Assembly: GCA_963745545.1 (NCBI GenBank)
Contig: CAVUXS010000002.1
Coordinates: 730,982 to 794,981, forward strand
Direction of reading: 5' to 3'
DNA length: 64,000 bases
From: an uncultured Actinomycetota bacterium
Lineage (GTDB): Bacteria > Actinomycetota > Actinomycetes > Actinomycetales > Dermatophilaceae
Shown piece after piece: positions 20,778-32,386 of this stretch. The position numbers were made by a program, and so were the translations under genes. The stretch's first letter is position 1, and each line of letters opens with the position of its first letter. Below the pieces are notes generated by a model. That model did no database searches, was not told the origin of the DNA, and worked only from the letters and a program-made list of their open reading frames with translations.

Positions 20778-21834
20778 ATGCACTTCCACGACGACGCCCT
20801 CTTCCCCGAGAACCAGGAGAAGCTGGTCATCACCGTCGCGCCGTACGGCCCCGAGTGGGAGCCGGACGACTTCCGCGAGGACCTGCCGCTGACGATGGAC
20901 GAGCACGTCCAGACGGCGGTCGACTGCTACGAACGCCGGCGCCACCGTGCTGCACATCCACGTCCGCGAGCTCGACGGCAAGGGCTCCAAGCGGCTGTCG
21001 AAGTTCAACGAGCTGCTCGGCCGCCTGCGCGAGGCCGTGCCGGACATGATCCTGCAGGTCGGCGGCTCGATCTCCTTCGCCCCCGAGGGCGAGGGCGCCG
21101 ACGCCAAGTGGCTCAGCGACGACGCCCGCCACATGCTGGCCGAGCTCGACCCGACGCCGGACCAGGTCACCATCGCGATCAACACCAACCAGATGAACAT
21201 CGTCGAGCTGATGACCGACGACGACATCGCCGGCACCTCCTTCGAGCGCCCCGCGGTCTACGAGGCCTACCGCGAGATGGTCGTCCCGGCCGGCCCGGAG
21301 TGGGTCGAGGAGCACCTGCGCCGCCTGCGCGCCAACGGCATCCAGCCGCACTTCCAGCTCGCCAGCATCCCGCAGCTGGAGACCGTCGAGCGGCTGATCC
21401 GCCGCGGCCACTACACGGGCCCGCTGAACCTGACCTGGGTCGCCATCGGCGGCGGCTTCGACGGCCCGAACCCGTACAACATGATGAACTTCATCAACCG
21501 GGTCCCCGACGGCGCCAGCCTGACCCTGGAGACCCTGATGCGCAGCGTGCTGCCGGTCAACACGATGGCCATCGCCATGGGCCTGCACACCCGCTGCGGC
21601 AACGAGGACACCCTCTGGGCCAAGCCAGGGCGAGAAGATCACCTCCGTCGCAGCAGGTCGAGCAGCTCGTCCGCATCGCCAAGCGAGCTCGGCCGCGAGG
21701 TCGCCACCGGCAAGGAAGCGCGCGACATCTACCGGATCGGCGAGACCTACAACAGCGTCGACGAGACCCTGGCCCAGCTCGGCTACGCGCCCAACCGCCA
21801 GCCCGGCCAGCTCGGCTTCACCTTCCACGCCTGA
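20778..21834 (+). CDS. 3-keto-5-aminohexanoate cleavage enzyme family (BKACE/DUF849), frameshifted
   Basis: KLVITVAPYGP, VLHIHVRELDG (HxH Zn motif), HTRCGNED, GREVATGKEAR. Confidence 0.88.
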
Positions 21835-21866
21835 GTCCACCGGCACACACGCGTCCCACTGAACTC

Positions 21867-21899
21867 CGTGGGGCGCGGGGCGACCCCCCGCGCCCCACG
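21867..21899. repeat. Third REP-like hairpin (14-bp stem) with the same GTGGGGCG/CGCCCCAC arms
   Basis: CGTGGGGCGCGGGG-CGACC-CCCCGCGCCCCACG. Confidence 0.8.
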
Positions 21900-21955
21900 T
21901 CTGCCGCGGCCAACGAGGCCCGCGGTCCGCATCACCCACACTTTTGGAGCATCAC

Positions 21956-23320
21956 GTGTCAACCCTCACCACGGCCGCACCGCCGAAGCTGCGACCGTCC
22001 GCCCCCCGGCGGCGGCAGTCACTCGGTCCCGGCTCTTCCCCGTCGCCGTCTTCGTCCTGACCTTCGGTCTGCTGCTGTCCGACTACATGTCGCGCCAGGT
22101 GCTCTCCGCGGTCTTCCCCTTCCTCAAGCTCGAGTGGGCCCTCACCGACACCCAGCTCGGCTGCGCTGACCAGCATCGTCGCGCTGACCGTCGGCCTGCT
22201 CGCCGTCCCGCTGTCGCTGCTCGGTGACCGCTGGGGCCGCTCCAAGGCCATCATCTCCATGGGCGCCCTGTGGAGCCTGGCCACCATCGGCTCGCGCCAT
22301 CGCCGCCAACTACGAGCAGATGATGCTCGCCCGCTTCTTCATCGGCCTCGGTGAGGCGGCCTACGGCAGCGTCGGCCTCGCCGTCGTCCTCATGGTCTTC
22401 TCCCCGACCAAGCGCGCCTCGCTCACCGGTGCGTTCATGGCCGGCGGCTCGTTCGGCTCCGTGCTCGGCGTCTTCCTCGGCGGCATCCTCGCCGTCCAGC
22501 TCGGCTGGCGCTGGTCCTTCGGCGTCATGGCCATCCTCGGCCTCGTGCTCGTCGCCCTCTACGCGCTGTTCGTCAACGACCGCCGCCTCGCCCGCAACCA
22601 GCACCCCGGCAACGTCCCGGTCCGCCGACGGTCGACGGCACCGTCGCAGCGCGCCAAGCTGCGCACCCTGGTCTCCACCCCCGCCGTCATCTGCGCCTAC
22701 GTCGGCTGCGGCCTGCAGCTCTTCATGGCCGGCGCCCTGTTCGCCTGGCTGCCCAGCTACCTCAACCGCGCCTACGGCCTGCGCCCGGACAAGGCCGGCA
22801 TCGCCGCCGCCGGGTTCATCCTGCTCATGGGCGTCGGCATGATCGTGTGCGGCATCATCACCGACCGGCTCAGCCAAGCACGTCGCCGATCCGCAAGTGG
22901 ACCACCGCCCTGGTCTTCACCGCGCATCTCGCTGGTCGCTGCTGACCGTCGGCTTCGCCCAGCAGCCCGGGCACGCTGCAGCTCGTCCTCATCGCGGTCG
23001 GCGCCTTCTTCGCCGCCGGCACCACCGGCCCCGCCGGCGCCATGGTCGCCAACCTGACCCCCGCGTCGATCCGGGCGACCGCCTTCGGCACGCTGACCCT
23101 GGCCAACAACCTCCTCGGCCTGGCCGCCGGCCCGCTCGTCGTCGGCGCGCTCGCCGACCAGGTCGGCCTGGTCGACGCGATGAAGTTCGTCCCCCTGGTC
23201 TCGGTCCTCGCGATCGTCGCCCTGCTCATCGGGCGTCGGGCCTACCCGAGCAGCCTGCGCCGCATCGCGCACCGCCGACGCGGCCTGACCCACCACCCAC
23301 TGAAAGGAGTCCCGGCATGA
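21956..23320 (+). CDS. MFS transporter, frameshifted
   Basis: LLLSDYMSRQVL, LLGDRWGRSK (motif A), ARFFIGLGEAAY, GWRWSF, ALADQVG. Confidence 0.88.
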
Positions 23321-23920
23321 TGCTTCGGGATACACACCACACGCTCGTCATCGTGCCGGGACTCCGCGGGCACGTCGAGGACCACTGGCAGACCAGGCTC
23401 GCCGCCAAGCTGCCCGACGCCGTCGTCGTCCCCTCCTTCGGCCGCGACAAGCGCGACCTGGCCGGCCGGGTCGCCGACCTCCACCAGGTCATCTCCGACG
23501 CCGACGCCCCGGTGACCATCGTCGCCCACAGCGCCGGGTGTCCTGACCACCCTGCACTGGGCCCGCCAGCACGACCTGCCGGTCCGGGGGGCGCTCCTGG
23601 CGACACCCCCGGACCTGGCCAGGCCGCTGCCCCCCGAGTACCCCACGCTGGACCAGCTCGAGGAGTCCGGCTGGCTGCCCGTGCCGCGAGCCCGGCTGCC
23701 CTTCCCCAGCATCGTCGCGGCCAGCACCAACGACGCGCTCGGCGACTTCGAGAACGTGCGCAGCCTCGCCCAGGACTGGGGCAGCCGGTTCATCGACATC
23801 GGCCCGGTCGGCCACCTCAACCCCGCCTCCGGCTACGGCGACTGGCCCGGAGCCGAAGCACTCCTCCACGTCCTGAACGGCATGTCGCAGGCCCCCGCCG
23901 GAGCCGGCCGCGTCGCCTGA
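23317..23920 (+). CDS. RBBP9/YdeN family alpha/beta hydrolase, frameshifted
   Basis: IVPGLRGHVEDHWQ, VAHSAG, LPFPSIVAASTND, GHLNPASGYGDWP; ATGA overlap with MFS. Confidence 0.88.
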
Positions 23921-24171
23921 GCCCGCAGGCCTGCCCGGCTGACCCAAACGGCACACACACCTGTCCTGATGGGTAAAGCGCGGCCAGCCGCGCAGCCGTA
24001 CTTTTGATGCAGTACCCGCCCCGGTCGACGAGCAGCGGCTCCGGGCCGGCGGGCGGGATGTCACCCGGATGCGGGCGACGCCCCTTCTCTCGCGGCGGCC
24101 ATCGTGGCCGACCTGACCTCCTGTCCGACAACCGTGCATCACGCACGCCCCAGAAAGCCAAGGATCACGTC

Positions 24172-25725
24172 ATGCTCAACCTCTCCACCCTCCTCGAGGA
24201 CAGCGCCCGCCGCCACCCCGACCGCGACGCGGTCGTGCTGGGCGACGTCCGCGTGGACTACCAGACCGCTCAACGCCCTGGCCAACAAGGTCGCGAACCT
24301 GTTGGTGAGCCGCGGCGTCAAGCCCGGTGACAAGGTGGCGCTGTCGTGCCCGAACCTGCCGCAGTTCCCGGTCGTCTACAACGCGATCCTGAAGGCCGGT
24401 GCGGTCGTGGTCCCGATGAACGTGCTGCTGAAGGGCCGTGAGGTGGCCTACCACCTGCAGGACTCGGACGCGAAGGCGTACATCTGCTTCGAGGGCAGCC
24501 CGGAGCTGCCGATGGGTGCGGAGGGCTGGGCCGGCTTCAACGACGCCGACGAGCTGCGAGACCTTCTTCCTGATCACCGCCACGCCCGGAGCCGACTCGC
24601 CCATCGAGGGCGCCGAGACCCTGCACTCGGCCGTGGCCGGGCACCCCACGACCTTCGAGACCGTCGTGACCGAGGCGACCGACACGGCCGTGATCCTGTA
24701 CACGAGCGGCACGACCGGCCGCCCGAAGGGTGCTGAGCTCTCGCACGCCAACCTGCTGCTGAACGCGCTCACCTGCAACCGTCAGTTCGGCGTCGCCGAG
24801 CACGACGTGCACCTGATCACGCTGCCCCTGTTCCACTCGTTCGGCTCGACGGTGCAGATGAACGCCGGCTTCTCGGTGGGCGCGACCCTGGTGCTGCTTC
24901 CCCGGTTCGACGCGGCGAAGGCCGTGGAGATCCTCCAGAACGAGAACGTCACGTTCTTCGCGGGCGTGCCCACGATGTACTGGGGCCTGCTCGGCGCGCT
25001 GACCGACGGCGTCGACGTCGACCGCATCGCGGCGAACCTGCGCGTGGCGGTCTCCGGCGGGGCCTCGCTGCCCGTCGAGATCATCAAGCAGTTCAAGGAC
25101 CGCTTCCAGGTGCAGATCCTCGAGGGCTACGGCCTGTCCGAGACCTCGCCGCTGGCGACCTTCGCGGACGCCGGCCGCGCGCCCCGGCCCGGCTCGATCG
25201 GTGTCCCGATCTGGGGAGTGGAGTGCCAGCTGGTCGACAAGGACTGGAACGTCGTCGAGGGCGCGGACAGCATCGGTGAGATCGCCATTCGCGGCCACAA
25301 CATCATGAAGGGCTACTACAACCGCCCCGAGGCCACGGCCGAGGTGATGCGGGACGGCTGGTTCCGCACCGGCGACCTGGCCCGGCGTGACGAGGACGGC
25401 TTCTACTACATCGTCGACCGCGCCAAGGACATGGTCATCCGCGGTGGCTTCAACGTGTACCCGCGCGAGATCGAAGAGGTCCTCATGACCCACCCCGACG
25501 TCTCGATGGCTGCCGTCGTCGGTGTGCCGCACGAGACCCACGGCGAGGAGGTCAAGGCGTTCATCATCCGCACCGCCGGCGCCGAGGTCACCACGCAGGA
25601 GCTCCTCGCCTGGGGCAAGGAGCAGATGGCGGCCTACAAGTACCCCCGGATCGTCGAGTTCGTCGACGACGCTGCCGATGACGTCCACCGGCAAGATCCT
25701 CAAGCGCGAGCTCGTGGCCAAGTGA
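24172..25725 (+). CDS. Long-chain fatty-acid--CoA ligase, frameshifted
   Basis: [50 protein letters not shown]. Confidence 0.93.
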
Positions 25726-25754
25726 CCACCACCGCCGTCCGCGAGCACACCCCG

Positions 25755-26786
25755 ATGACCCTCACCGAGAGCGTCGAGACGCCCCTGCGGCCGTCGACCG
25801 GGTGGCGCAGTCACGCACTCGTCGTCGCCGTCCTGGCGCTCGGTCTCGGTGGTGCATTCCTCGGTCACCGGCTCGTGCCCGCGGTCGGCGTGCTCACCTG
25901 GTCGATCGGCCTGGGCGTCGTCGCCGCCAACATCGGGGTCCTGCCCCGCAGCGGCACCGCGCCGCTGGCCCGCGTCACCAAGAAGCTGCTGCGCGTCGGC
26001 ATCGTCCTGCTCGGCTTCTCGGTGTCGTTCGGCTCGATCGCCGCGCTCGGCCTCCCGCTCATCGCGGTCGTCGCCGTGAGCCTGGTCGGCACCCTCGTGG
26101 TCACGACCTGGGTCGGGCGGCGGATGGGCCTCAGCCCGTCCAGGAGCCTGCTCATCGGCACCGGCACGGCCATCTGCGGGGCCTCGGCCATCGCGGCGAT
26201 GGAGGAGACCGCCGGAGCCGACGAGGAGGACGTCACGGTCGCGATCGCGATGGTGACGCTGTTCGGGACCATCGCCCTCATCGCTTTGCCGCTGCTCCAG
26301 GGTCCGCTCGGGCTCAGCGACCAGCAGTTCGGTGCCTGGGCCGGCGCCAGCGTCCACGAGGTCGGCCAGGTGGTCGCCGCGGCCAGCCCGGCCGGGGCCG
26401 CCGTGCTCGCCATCGCGGTCGTCGTCAAGCTCACCCGCGTCGTCATGCTCGCGCCCGTCGTGGCCGCCGTCAGCGTCGTCCAGCGGATGAGGTCCACGGC
26501 CCCCGCCGCCGAGGGCGGTCGGGCACCGCTCGTGCCGCTCTTCGTGCTCGGCTTCCTCGCCTGCGTGGCGCTGCGCAGCACCGGCCTCATTCCCGAGGAC
26601 GCGCTCGGCTGGATCACCCAGGTCCAGGTCGCCGCGCTCGGCGCCGCCCTGTTCGGCATGGGCTGCAGCGTCAAGCTCGCCTCGCTCGCCAAGGGCAGCG
26701 GCGCCGTCCTGGTCACCTCGACCGTCGGCACGCTCTTCATCGGCGGCATCACCCTGGCCGGGATCCTCCTGGTCTCCGGTCTCTGA
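25755..26786 (+). CDS. YeiH/UPF0324 family membrane protein (putative sulfate exporter)
   Basis: [48 protein letters not shown]. Confidence 0.88.
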   Translation: MTLTESVETPLRPSTGWRSHALVVAVLALGLGGAFLGHRLVPAVGVLTWSIGLGVVAANIGVLPRSGTAPLARVTKKLLRVGIVLLGFSVSFGSIAALGLPLIAVVAVSLVGTLVVTTWVGRRMGLSPSRSLLIGTGTAICGASAIAAMEETAGADEEDVTVAIAMVTLFGTIALIALPLLQGPLGLSDQQFGAWAGASVHEVGQVVAAASPAGAAVLAIAVVVKLTRVVMLAPVVAAVSVVQRMRSTAPAAEGGRAPLVPLFVLGFLACVALRSTGLIPEDALGWITQVQVAALGAALFGMGCSVKLASLAKGSGAVLVTSTVGTLFIGGITLAGILLVSGL

Positions 26787-26806
26787 GAACTGAAGGAAAC
26801 GTAGTT

Positions 26807-27593
26807 ATGGACAAGGTTGTCTGGTCGGCCGCGGATGCCGTGGCCGACATCGGGAGCGGGTCGTCGATCGCCGCGGGCGGGTTCGGTGTCTCCGGCATCC
26901 CCTCGGTGCTCATCGAGGCCCTGCTCGAGACCGGGGTCGGTGACCTCGAGGTGGTGTCGAACAACTGCGGCGTCGACGACTGGGGTCTCGGCCGGCTGCT
27001 CTCCGCGGGCCGCATCCGCCGGATGGTGGCGTCGTACGTCGGCGAGAACAAGGAGTTCGCCCGCCAGTACCTCGGTGGCGAGCTCGAGGTCGAGCTGACC
27101 CCGCAGGGCACCCTCGCCGAGCGGCTGCGTGCCGGTGGGTCCGGCATCCCGGCGTTCTACACCGCCACCGGCGTCGGCACCCAGGTGGCCGATGGCGGCC
27201 TGCCGTGGAGGTACGACCGCCACGGTACGGTCGAGGTCGCGTCGCCGCGCCAAGGAGGTCCGTCGCTTCGGTGGCCTCGACCACGTGCTCGAGGAGTCCA
27301 TCGTCTGCGACTTCGCGCTCGTGCGGGCCTGGAAGGGCGACCGCCACGGCAACCTCGTGTTCAACAAGTCCAGCCGCAACTTCAACCCGCTGGCCGCCAT
27401 GGCCGGCCGGGTGACCATCGCCGAGGTCGAGGAGCTCGTCGAGCCCGGCGAGCTCGACCCCGACCAGATCCACACCCCCGGCGTCTTCGTCCACCGGGTC
27501 CTCCCGCTCACCCCCGAGCAGGCCGCCGACAAGCGCATCGAGAAGCGCACCGTCCGCGACGCCGGCGCCGCGAACCCGGAGGTGGCGGCATGA
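26807..27593 (+). CDS. scoA: 3-oxoacid CoA-transferase subunit A (one frameshift)
   Basis: [51 protein letters not shown]. Confidence 0.9.
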
Positions 27594-28216
27594 GCTGGAC
27601 CCGTGAGCAGATGGCCGCCCGCGCCGCCGCCGAGCTCGAGGACGGCGCCTACGTCAACCTCGGCATCGGCCTGCCGACCCTGGTGCCCAACTACGTGCCC
27701 GACGACGTCGAGATCGTGCTGCAGTCCGAGAACGGCATCCTCGGTTTCGGCGCCTACCCCACTGACGACGCCGTCGACCCCGACCTGATCAACGCCGGCA
27801 AGGAGACCGTGACCGTGCGTCCCGGGGCGTCCTTCTTCGACTCCGCCACGTCGTTCGGGATGATCCGCGGCGGCAAGATCGACGCGGCCATCCTGGGCGC
27901 CATGCAGGTCTCGGCCGGCGGCGACATCGCCAACTGGATGATCCCCGGCAAGATGGTCAAGGGGATGGGCGGCGCGATGGACCTCGTCCACGGCGCCAAG
28001 CGCGTCATCGTGCTGATGGAGCACGTCGCCAAGGACGGCTCGCCCAAGATCGTCACCGAGTGCTCGCTGCCCTACACGGGCAAGGGCGTCGTCGAGCGGA
28101 TCATCACCGACCTCTGCGTCCTCGATGTGACCCCCGACGGGCTGCGGCTCGTCGAGCTCGCCCCGGGCGTCACCGAGGCGGACGTCCGCGCCGCCACCGA
28201 GCCGCCGGTGCTCTGA
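27590..28216 (+). CDS. scoB: 3-oxoacid CoA-transferase subunit B
   Basis: [15 protein letters not shown] (catalytic Glu), [24 protein letters not shown]. Confidence 0.92.
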   Translation: MSWTREQMAARAAAELEDGAYVNLGIGLPTLVPNYVPDDVEIVLQSENGILGFGAYPTDDAVDPDLINAGKETVTVRPGASFFDSATSFGMIRGGKIDAAILGAMQVSAGGDIANWMIPGKMVKGMGGAMDLVHGAKRVIVLMEHVAKDGSPKIVTECSLPYTGKGVVERIITDLCVLDVTPDGLRLVELAPGVTEADVRAATEPPVL

Positions 28217-28259
28217 CCGAGCACCCCTCCCCCAGAACCCCTTTCACGAACGGACCACC

Positions 28260-29879
28260 ATGTACCTCGTCAACAGCCCCGCAGCCGAGCCGCAGGAGCG
28301 CGGCGCCGCCAGCGCCCTCCTGGGCGCGCTCGCTCGGACCCCCGGCATCGTCGACCGCGGCGCCTCGCTCGCCGGTGGCGTCGCCGCGGCGGTGCTCGGC
28401 CGCTCGACCGTCACCCCCCACAAGGGCGACCGGCGGTTCGCCGACCCGGCGTGGGTGTCGCACCCGTTCTACCGCAGGCTCGGCCAGGCGTACCTGACGG
28501 TCGAGCGAGCCATCGGTGACGCCGTCGAGGACGCCGACATCGACTGGAGCACCCGCGAGCGGGCGCGCTTCGCGGCCGGCATCCTCGCCAGTGGCCTCGC
28601 TCCGACCAACACGCTCGTCGGGAACCCCACCGCCCTCAAGCACGCCTTCGACACCGGCGGGGCGAGCCTGGTCCGTGGCGGTCGCAACCTGCTCGGCGAC
28701 CTCCGGCACACCCGGATGCCGCGCCAGGTGGACGCCAGCCCGTTCACCGTCGGGGAGAACGTCGGCGCGACCCCCGGCGAGGTCGTGTGGCGCAACGAGG
28801 TCCTCGAGATCATCCAGTACACGCCCACCACGCCGACGGTGCGCACCGTGCCGCTGCTGGTCGTCTGGTCGGTCATCAACCGGCACTACATCCTCGACCT
28901 CGGCAAGGACCGCAGCTTCATCGAGTACGCCGTCGGCCAGGGACTGCAGGTGTTCGTCACCAGCTGGCGCAACCCCACCGCCGAGCAGGCCGACTGGAAC
29001 CTCGACACCTACGCCCAGGCGCTGCTGGACGCCACCGACGCGATCCGCGAGATCACCGGCAGCGAGCAGATCGGCACGGTCGGCCTCTGCGCCGGCGGCC
29101 AGCTGCTCGCCGCGGTCATGGCGCACCTGCAAGGCGCCGGCGACGACCGTGTCGCCCACGCGGCGTTCGGCGTCAGCCAGATCGACATGTCCGTCCCGAA
29201 CGTCGCCGCCCTGGCGCTGCACCCGGCGCTCACCGGCGTGACCCGCGTGGCCACCGAGGCCACCGGCGTCGTCGACGGCCGGGCGATCGCGGCCGTGTTC
29301 TCGTGGCTGCGCCCGACCGAGCTGGTCTGGAACCAGTGGGTCAACAACTACCTCATGGGCAAGGACGCCCCGCAGTACGACATCCTCGCGTGGAACAACG
29401 ACACGACCCGCGTGCCGGGGGCCCTGCAGCGCGACCTGCTCCGGATCGCGATGGACAACCTCCTCGTCACGCCGGGCGGCCTGAGCCTCCTCGGGACCCC
29501 CGTGGACCTCGGTGCGATCACCGCGGACACCTACGTCGTGGGCGCCGAGACCGACCACCTCGTCCCGTGGCAGGGCGCGTACCGCTCGACCCAGCTGCTC
29601 GGCGGCGACTCGACCTTCGTCCTGTCGGGCGGCGGCCACATCCAGCACCTCGTGAACCCGCCCGGCAACCCCAAGGCCCACTTCAGGACGGGACCGGTCG
29701 CCGAGCAGGCAGACGCCTGGCTCGAGGGCTCGTCCCAGCAGGCCGGCAGCTGGTGGCCGCACTGGGCCGAGTGGGCCGTTGCCAGGTCGGGCGAGGAGCG
29801 GCCTGCTCCGAAGCGGCTCGGCAGCCGGCGCAACAAGCCGATCGAGCCGGCCCCGGGGCGGTACGTGATGGAGCGATGA
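28260..29879 (+). CDS. phaC: Poly(3-hydroxyalkanoate) synthase (single-subunit, class I/II-like)
   Basis: DRRFADPAW, APTN, TPGEVVWRNE, INRHYILDL, SWRNP, GLCAGG (Cys), TDHLVPW (Asp), GGHIQ...NPPGNPK (His), GSWWPHW. Confidence 0.92.
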   Translation: MYLVNSPAAEPQERGAASALLGALARTPGIVDRGASLAGGVAAAVLGRSTVTPHKGDRRFADPAWVSHPFYRRLGQAYLTVERAIGDAVEDADIDWSTRERARFAAGILASGLAPTNTLVGNPTALKHAFDTGGASLVRGGRNLLGDLRHTRMPRQVDASPFTVGENVGATPGEVVWRNEVLEIIQYTPTTPTVRTVPLLVVWSVINRHYILDLGKDRSFIEYAVGQGLQVFVTSWRNPTAEQADWNLDTYAQALLDATDAIREITGSEQIGTVGLCAGGQLLAAVMAHLQGAGDDRVAHAAFGVSQIDMSVPNVAALALHPALTGVTRVATEATGVVDGRAIAAVFSWLRPTELVWNQWVNNYLMGKDAPQYDILAWNNDTTRVPGALQRDLLRIAMDNLLVTPGGLSLLGTPVDLGAITADTYVVGAETDHLVPWQGAYRSTQLLGGDSTFVLSGGGHIQHLVNPPGNPKAHFRTGPVAEQADAWLEGSSQQAGSWWPHWAEWAVARSGEERPAPKRLGSRRNKPIEPAPGRYVMER

Positions 29880-30679
29880 TCGTCGACTCGACCCACGTCA
29901 TCGACGGGTTGTCCACCCGGGTGCGAGTGAGCGGCGAGGGCCGGCCCCTGCTGCTGATCGGTGGCCTGTGGAGCCAGGCGCCGATGTTCGACCCGGTGCT
30001 GCCGTACCTGGACGGGTTCCGCACGATCGCCTTCGACCCACCCGGCATCGGCGAGACCGACCTTCCGACCCGTCCCTACAGCGTCCAGCGCCTGGCCCAG
30101 TTCGCCGCGGGAGTCCTCGCTGCGGTCGGCGTCGGCCGCGCCGACGTCCTGGGCGTCAGCCTCGGTGGGGCTGTCGCCCAGGAGCTGGCGCACGCGCACC
30201 CCGAGCGGGTCGACCGCCTGGTGCTGGTGTCGACCGGGCCCGGCACCATCGCCGTGCCCGGCCGGCTGGACATCCTGGTGAGGTTCGGCCGACCCACGGC
30301 CTACACCAACATCACCGAGCTCGAGCAACGTGCCGGCCAGATCTTCGGCGGCCGGCTGCGCGAGCACCCGGAGCTGGTGCGCGGCTGGCACCTGCGGCCA
30401 CCCGCGAGCACGAAGGCCTGGCTCTACCGGCTCGCCGGCACCACGGGGTGGAGCAGCCTGCCGTTCCTGCACAGCGTGACGCAGCCGACTCTCGTCATCC
30501 ATGGGGATGACGACCCCATCATCCCGCTCGTCAACGCCCGGCTCATCGCGTGTCGCCTACCCGACGCGCGCCTCGAGGTGGTCGAGGGCGGCGGCCACCT
30601 GCTACTCCTCGACAGTGCGGCCGAGGTCGCACCCATCATCGCCGGGTTCCTCACCCGCACCGCCCACCGACCTGCCTGA
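29876..30679 (+). CDS. phaZ: PHA depolymerase-like alpha/beta hydrolase
   Basis: AFDPPGIG, GVSLGG, LVLVST, GWSSLPFLH, GDDDPIIPLVNA, GGHLLL; ATGA overlap with phaC. Confidence 0.75.
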   Translation: MIVDSTHVIDGLSTRVRVSGEGRPLLLIGGLWSQAPMFDPVLPYLDGFRTIAFDPPGIGETDLPTRPYSVQRLAQFAAGVLAAVGVGRADVLGVSLGGAVAQELAHAHPERVDRLVLVSTGPGTIAVPGRLDILVRFGRPTAYTNITELEQRAGQIFGGRLREHPELVRGWHLRPPASTKAWLYRLAGTTGWSSLPFLHSVTQPTLVIHGDDDPIIPLVNARLIACRLPDARLEVVEGGGHLLLLDSAAEVAPIIAGFLTRTAHRPA

Positions 30680-30761
30680 CCGACCACGACCCGAGCCAGC
30701 CGGCTCACCACGACTCGAGCCACCGGCTCAGCACGACCTGCCCACGGAAAGGGGCCACACC

Positions 30762-31929
30762 ATGACACACAACTCCGACTTCGACCTGTTCCGGGTCTCC
30801 GAGGACCACGACGCCATCCGCGAGGCAGTCCGGGCGATCGCCGAGAACAAGATCGCTCCGTACGCCGCTGAGGTGGACCGCACCGCGTCCTTCCCGACCG
30901 CGGCCCACGACGCGCTCGTCGCCTCCGACTTCCACGCCCCGCACGTCCCGGAGGAGTACGGCGGCGTCGGCGCCGACGCCATCGCGAGCGCCATCGTCGT
31001 CGAGGAGATCGCTCGGGTCTGCGCCTCGTCCTCGCTGATCCCCGGCGCCAACAAGCTCGGCAGCACGCCGCTGATCCTCGCCGGTTCGGAGGAGCTGAAG
31101 CAGAAGTACCTTCGCCCGCTGGCCGAGGGAGCCACCACGTTCTCCTACGCGCTCTCCGAGCGCGAGGCCGGCAGCGACGCGGCGTCGATGCGCACCCGCG
31201 CCACCGCCGACGGCGACGACTGGGTGCTCAACGGCCAGAAGTCGTGGATCACCAACGCCGGTGTGTCCGAGTACTACACCGTCCTCGCGGTCACCGACCC
31301 CGACGGCCGGCGCGGCGCGAACGTCAGCGCCTTCGTCGTCGAGAAGGCCGACGCCGGCTTCACCTTCGGCGAGAAGGAGCGCAAGCTCGGCATCAAGGGC
31401 TCCCCCACCCGTGAGCTGTTCTTCGACAACGTGCGCATCCCGGGCGACCGGATGATCGGCGCAGCCGGGCGAGGGCCTGAAGATCGCCTTCCGCACCCTG
31501 GACCACACCCGGATCACCATCGGCGCGCAGGCCGTCGGGCTGGCGCAGGGCGCCCTCGACGTCGCCCTGGACTACGTCAAGGAGCGCAAGCAGTTCGGCA
31601 AGCGGATCGCCGACTTCCAGGGCATCCAGTTCATGCTCGCCGACATGGCGATGAGCATCGAGACGGCCCGGCAGATGGTCTACGTCGCCGCGGCCAAGTC
31701 CGAGCGCGAGGACGCCGACCTGACCTTCTTCAGCGCCGCGGCGAAGTGCTACGCCTCCGACGTGGCCATGCAGGTCACCACCGACGCGGTCCAGCTGCTC
31801 GGCGGTGCCGGGTTCACCGAGGACTTCCCGCTCGAGCGGATGATGCGCGACGCCAAGATCACCCAGATCTACGAAGGCACCAACCAGATCCAGCGCGTGG
31901 TCATGGCGCGTCACCTCCTCGCCGGCTGA
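30762..31929 (+). CDS. Acyl-CoA dehydrogenase (one frameshift)
   Basis: [50 protein letters not shown]. Confidence 0.93.
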
Positions 31930-31938
31930 CGCGCGTTC

Positions 31939-32184
31939 ATGGCGCGCCCATATGCAGACCCGGTGGAGGTCTTCACCGCACCGGTCCCAGCCCAGTCCCC
32001 GTTCATCCCCCTGGACGCCAAGATCGTGGTGGGGGCGGTCGCACCGGCACCCCCGGACCCGACCCCCATCGTGCTGCTGCCTGGTTTCGAGTACCGGATG
32101 AGTGAGTGGCGGCACCCGGAGACCCATGACATCCACTGGCGGCTGGAGCGCCGAAAGGCCGCCCAGTCCGGCGACGACGAGTAG
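31939..32184 (+). CDS. Small hypothetical protein
   Basis: 81-aa ORF starting 10 bp after the acyl-CoA dehydrogenase stop, with coding-like codon pattern. Confidence 0.35.
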   Translation: MARPYADPVEVFTAPVPAQSPFIPLDAKIVVGAVAPAPPDPTPIVLLPGFEYRMSEWRHPETHDIHWRLERRKAAQSGDDE

Positions 32185-32370
32185 GGCTCCCCGCGGGCAC
32201 CATCGGGGCTCGCGGCGAGAGGCCGGACGGACTTGACGTCGAGCCGGCCCGACGGTCGTGGCGTGGGCGAAGCGCAGAGGCCCGGCAGCGGTGCTGCCGG
32301 GCCTCTGCTCTGGTCCTTCCGGCTGTCGTAAAGGGTCAAGGGAACTGTCCTGCTCCGTAAAGCGCCGGAC

Positions 32371-32386
32371 GTTAGGGCTTCCTAAC
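32371..32386. promoter_or_regulatory. Possible IdeR/DtxR iron box
   Basis: Palindrome GTTAGG-GCTT-CCTAAC, partial match to the TTAGGTTAGGCTAACCTAA consensus, ~110 bp upstream of the bfd-like gene. Confidence 0.45.

Noticed and set aside
18759-24600. Programmed frameshifting or phase variation in the catabolic cluster
   Set aside because: Many scattered indels without slippery sites or simple repeats; sequencing error is more parsimonious
24438-26786. 782-aa acyl-CoA ligase-YeiH fusion
   Set aside because: An indel near 25670 bypasses the ligase stop at 25723-25725; these are two separate genes
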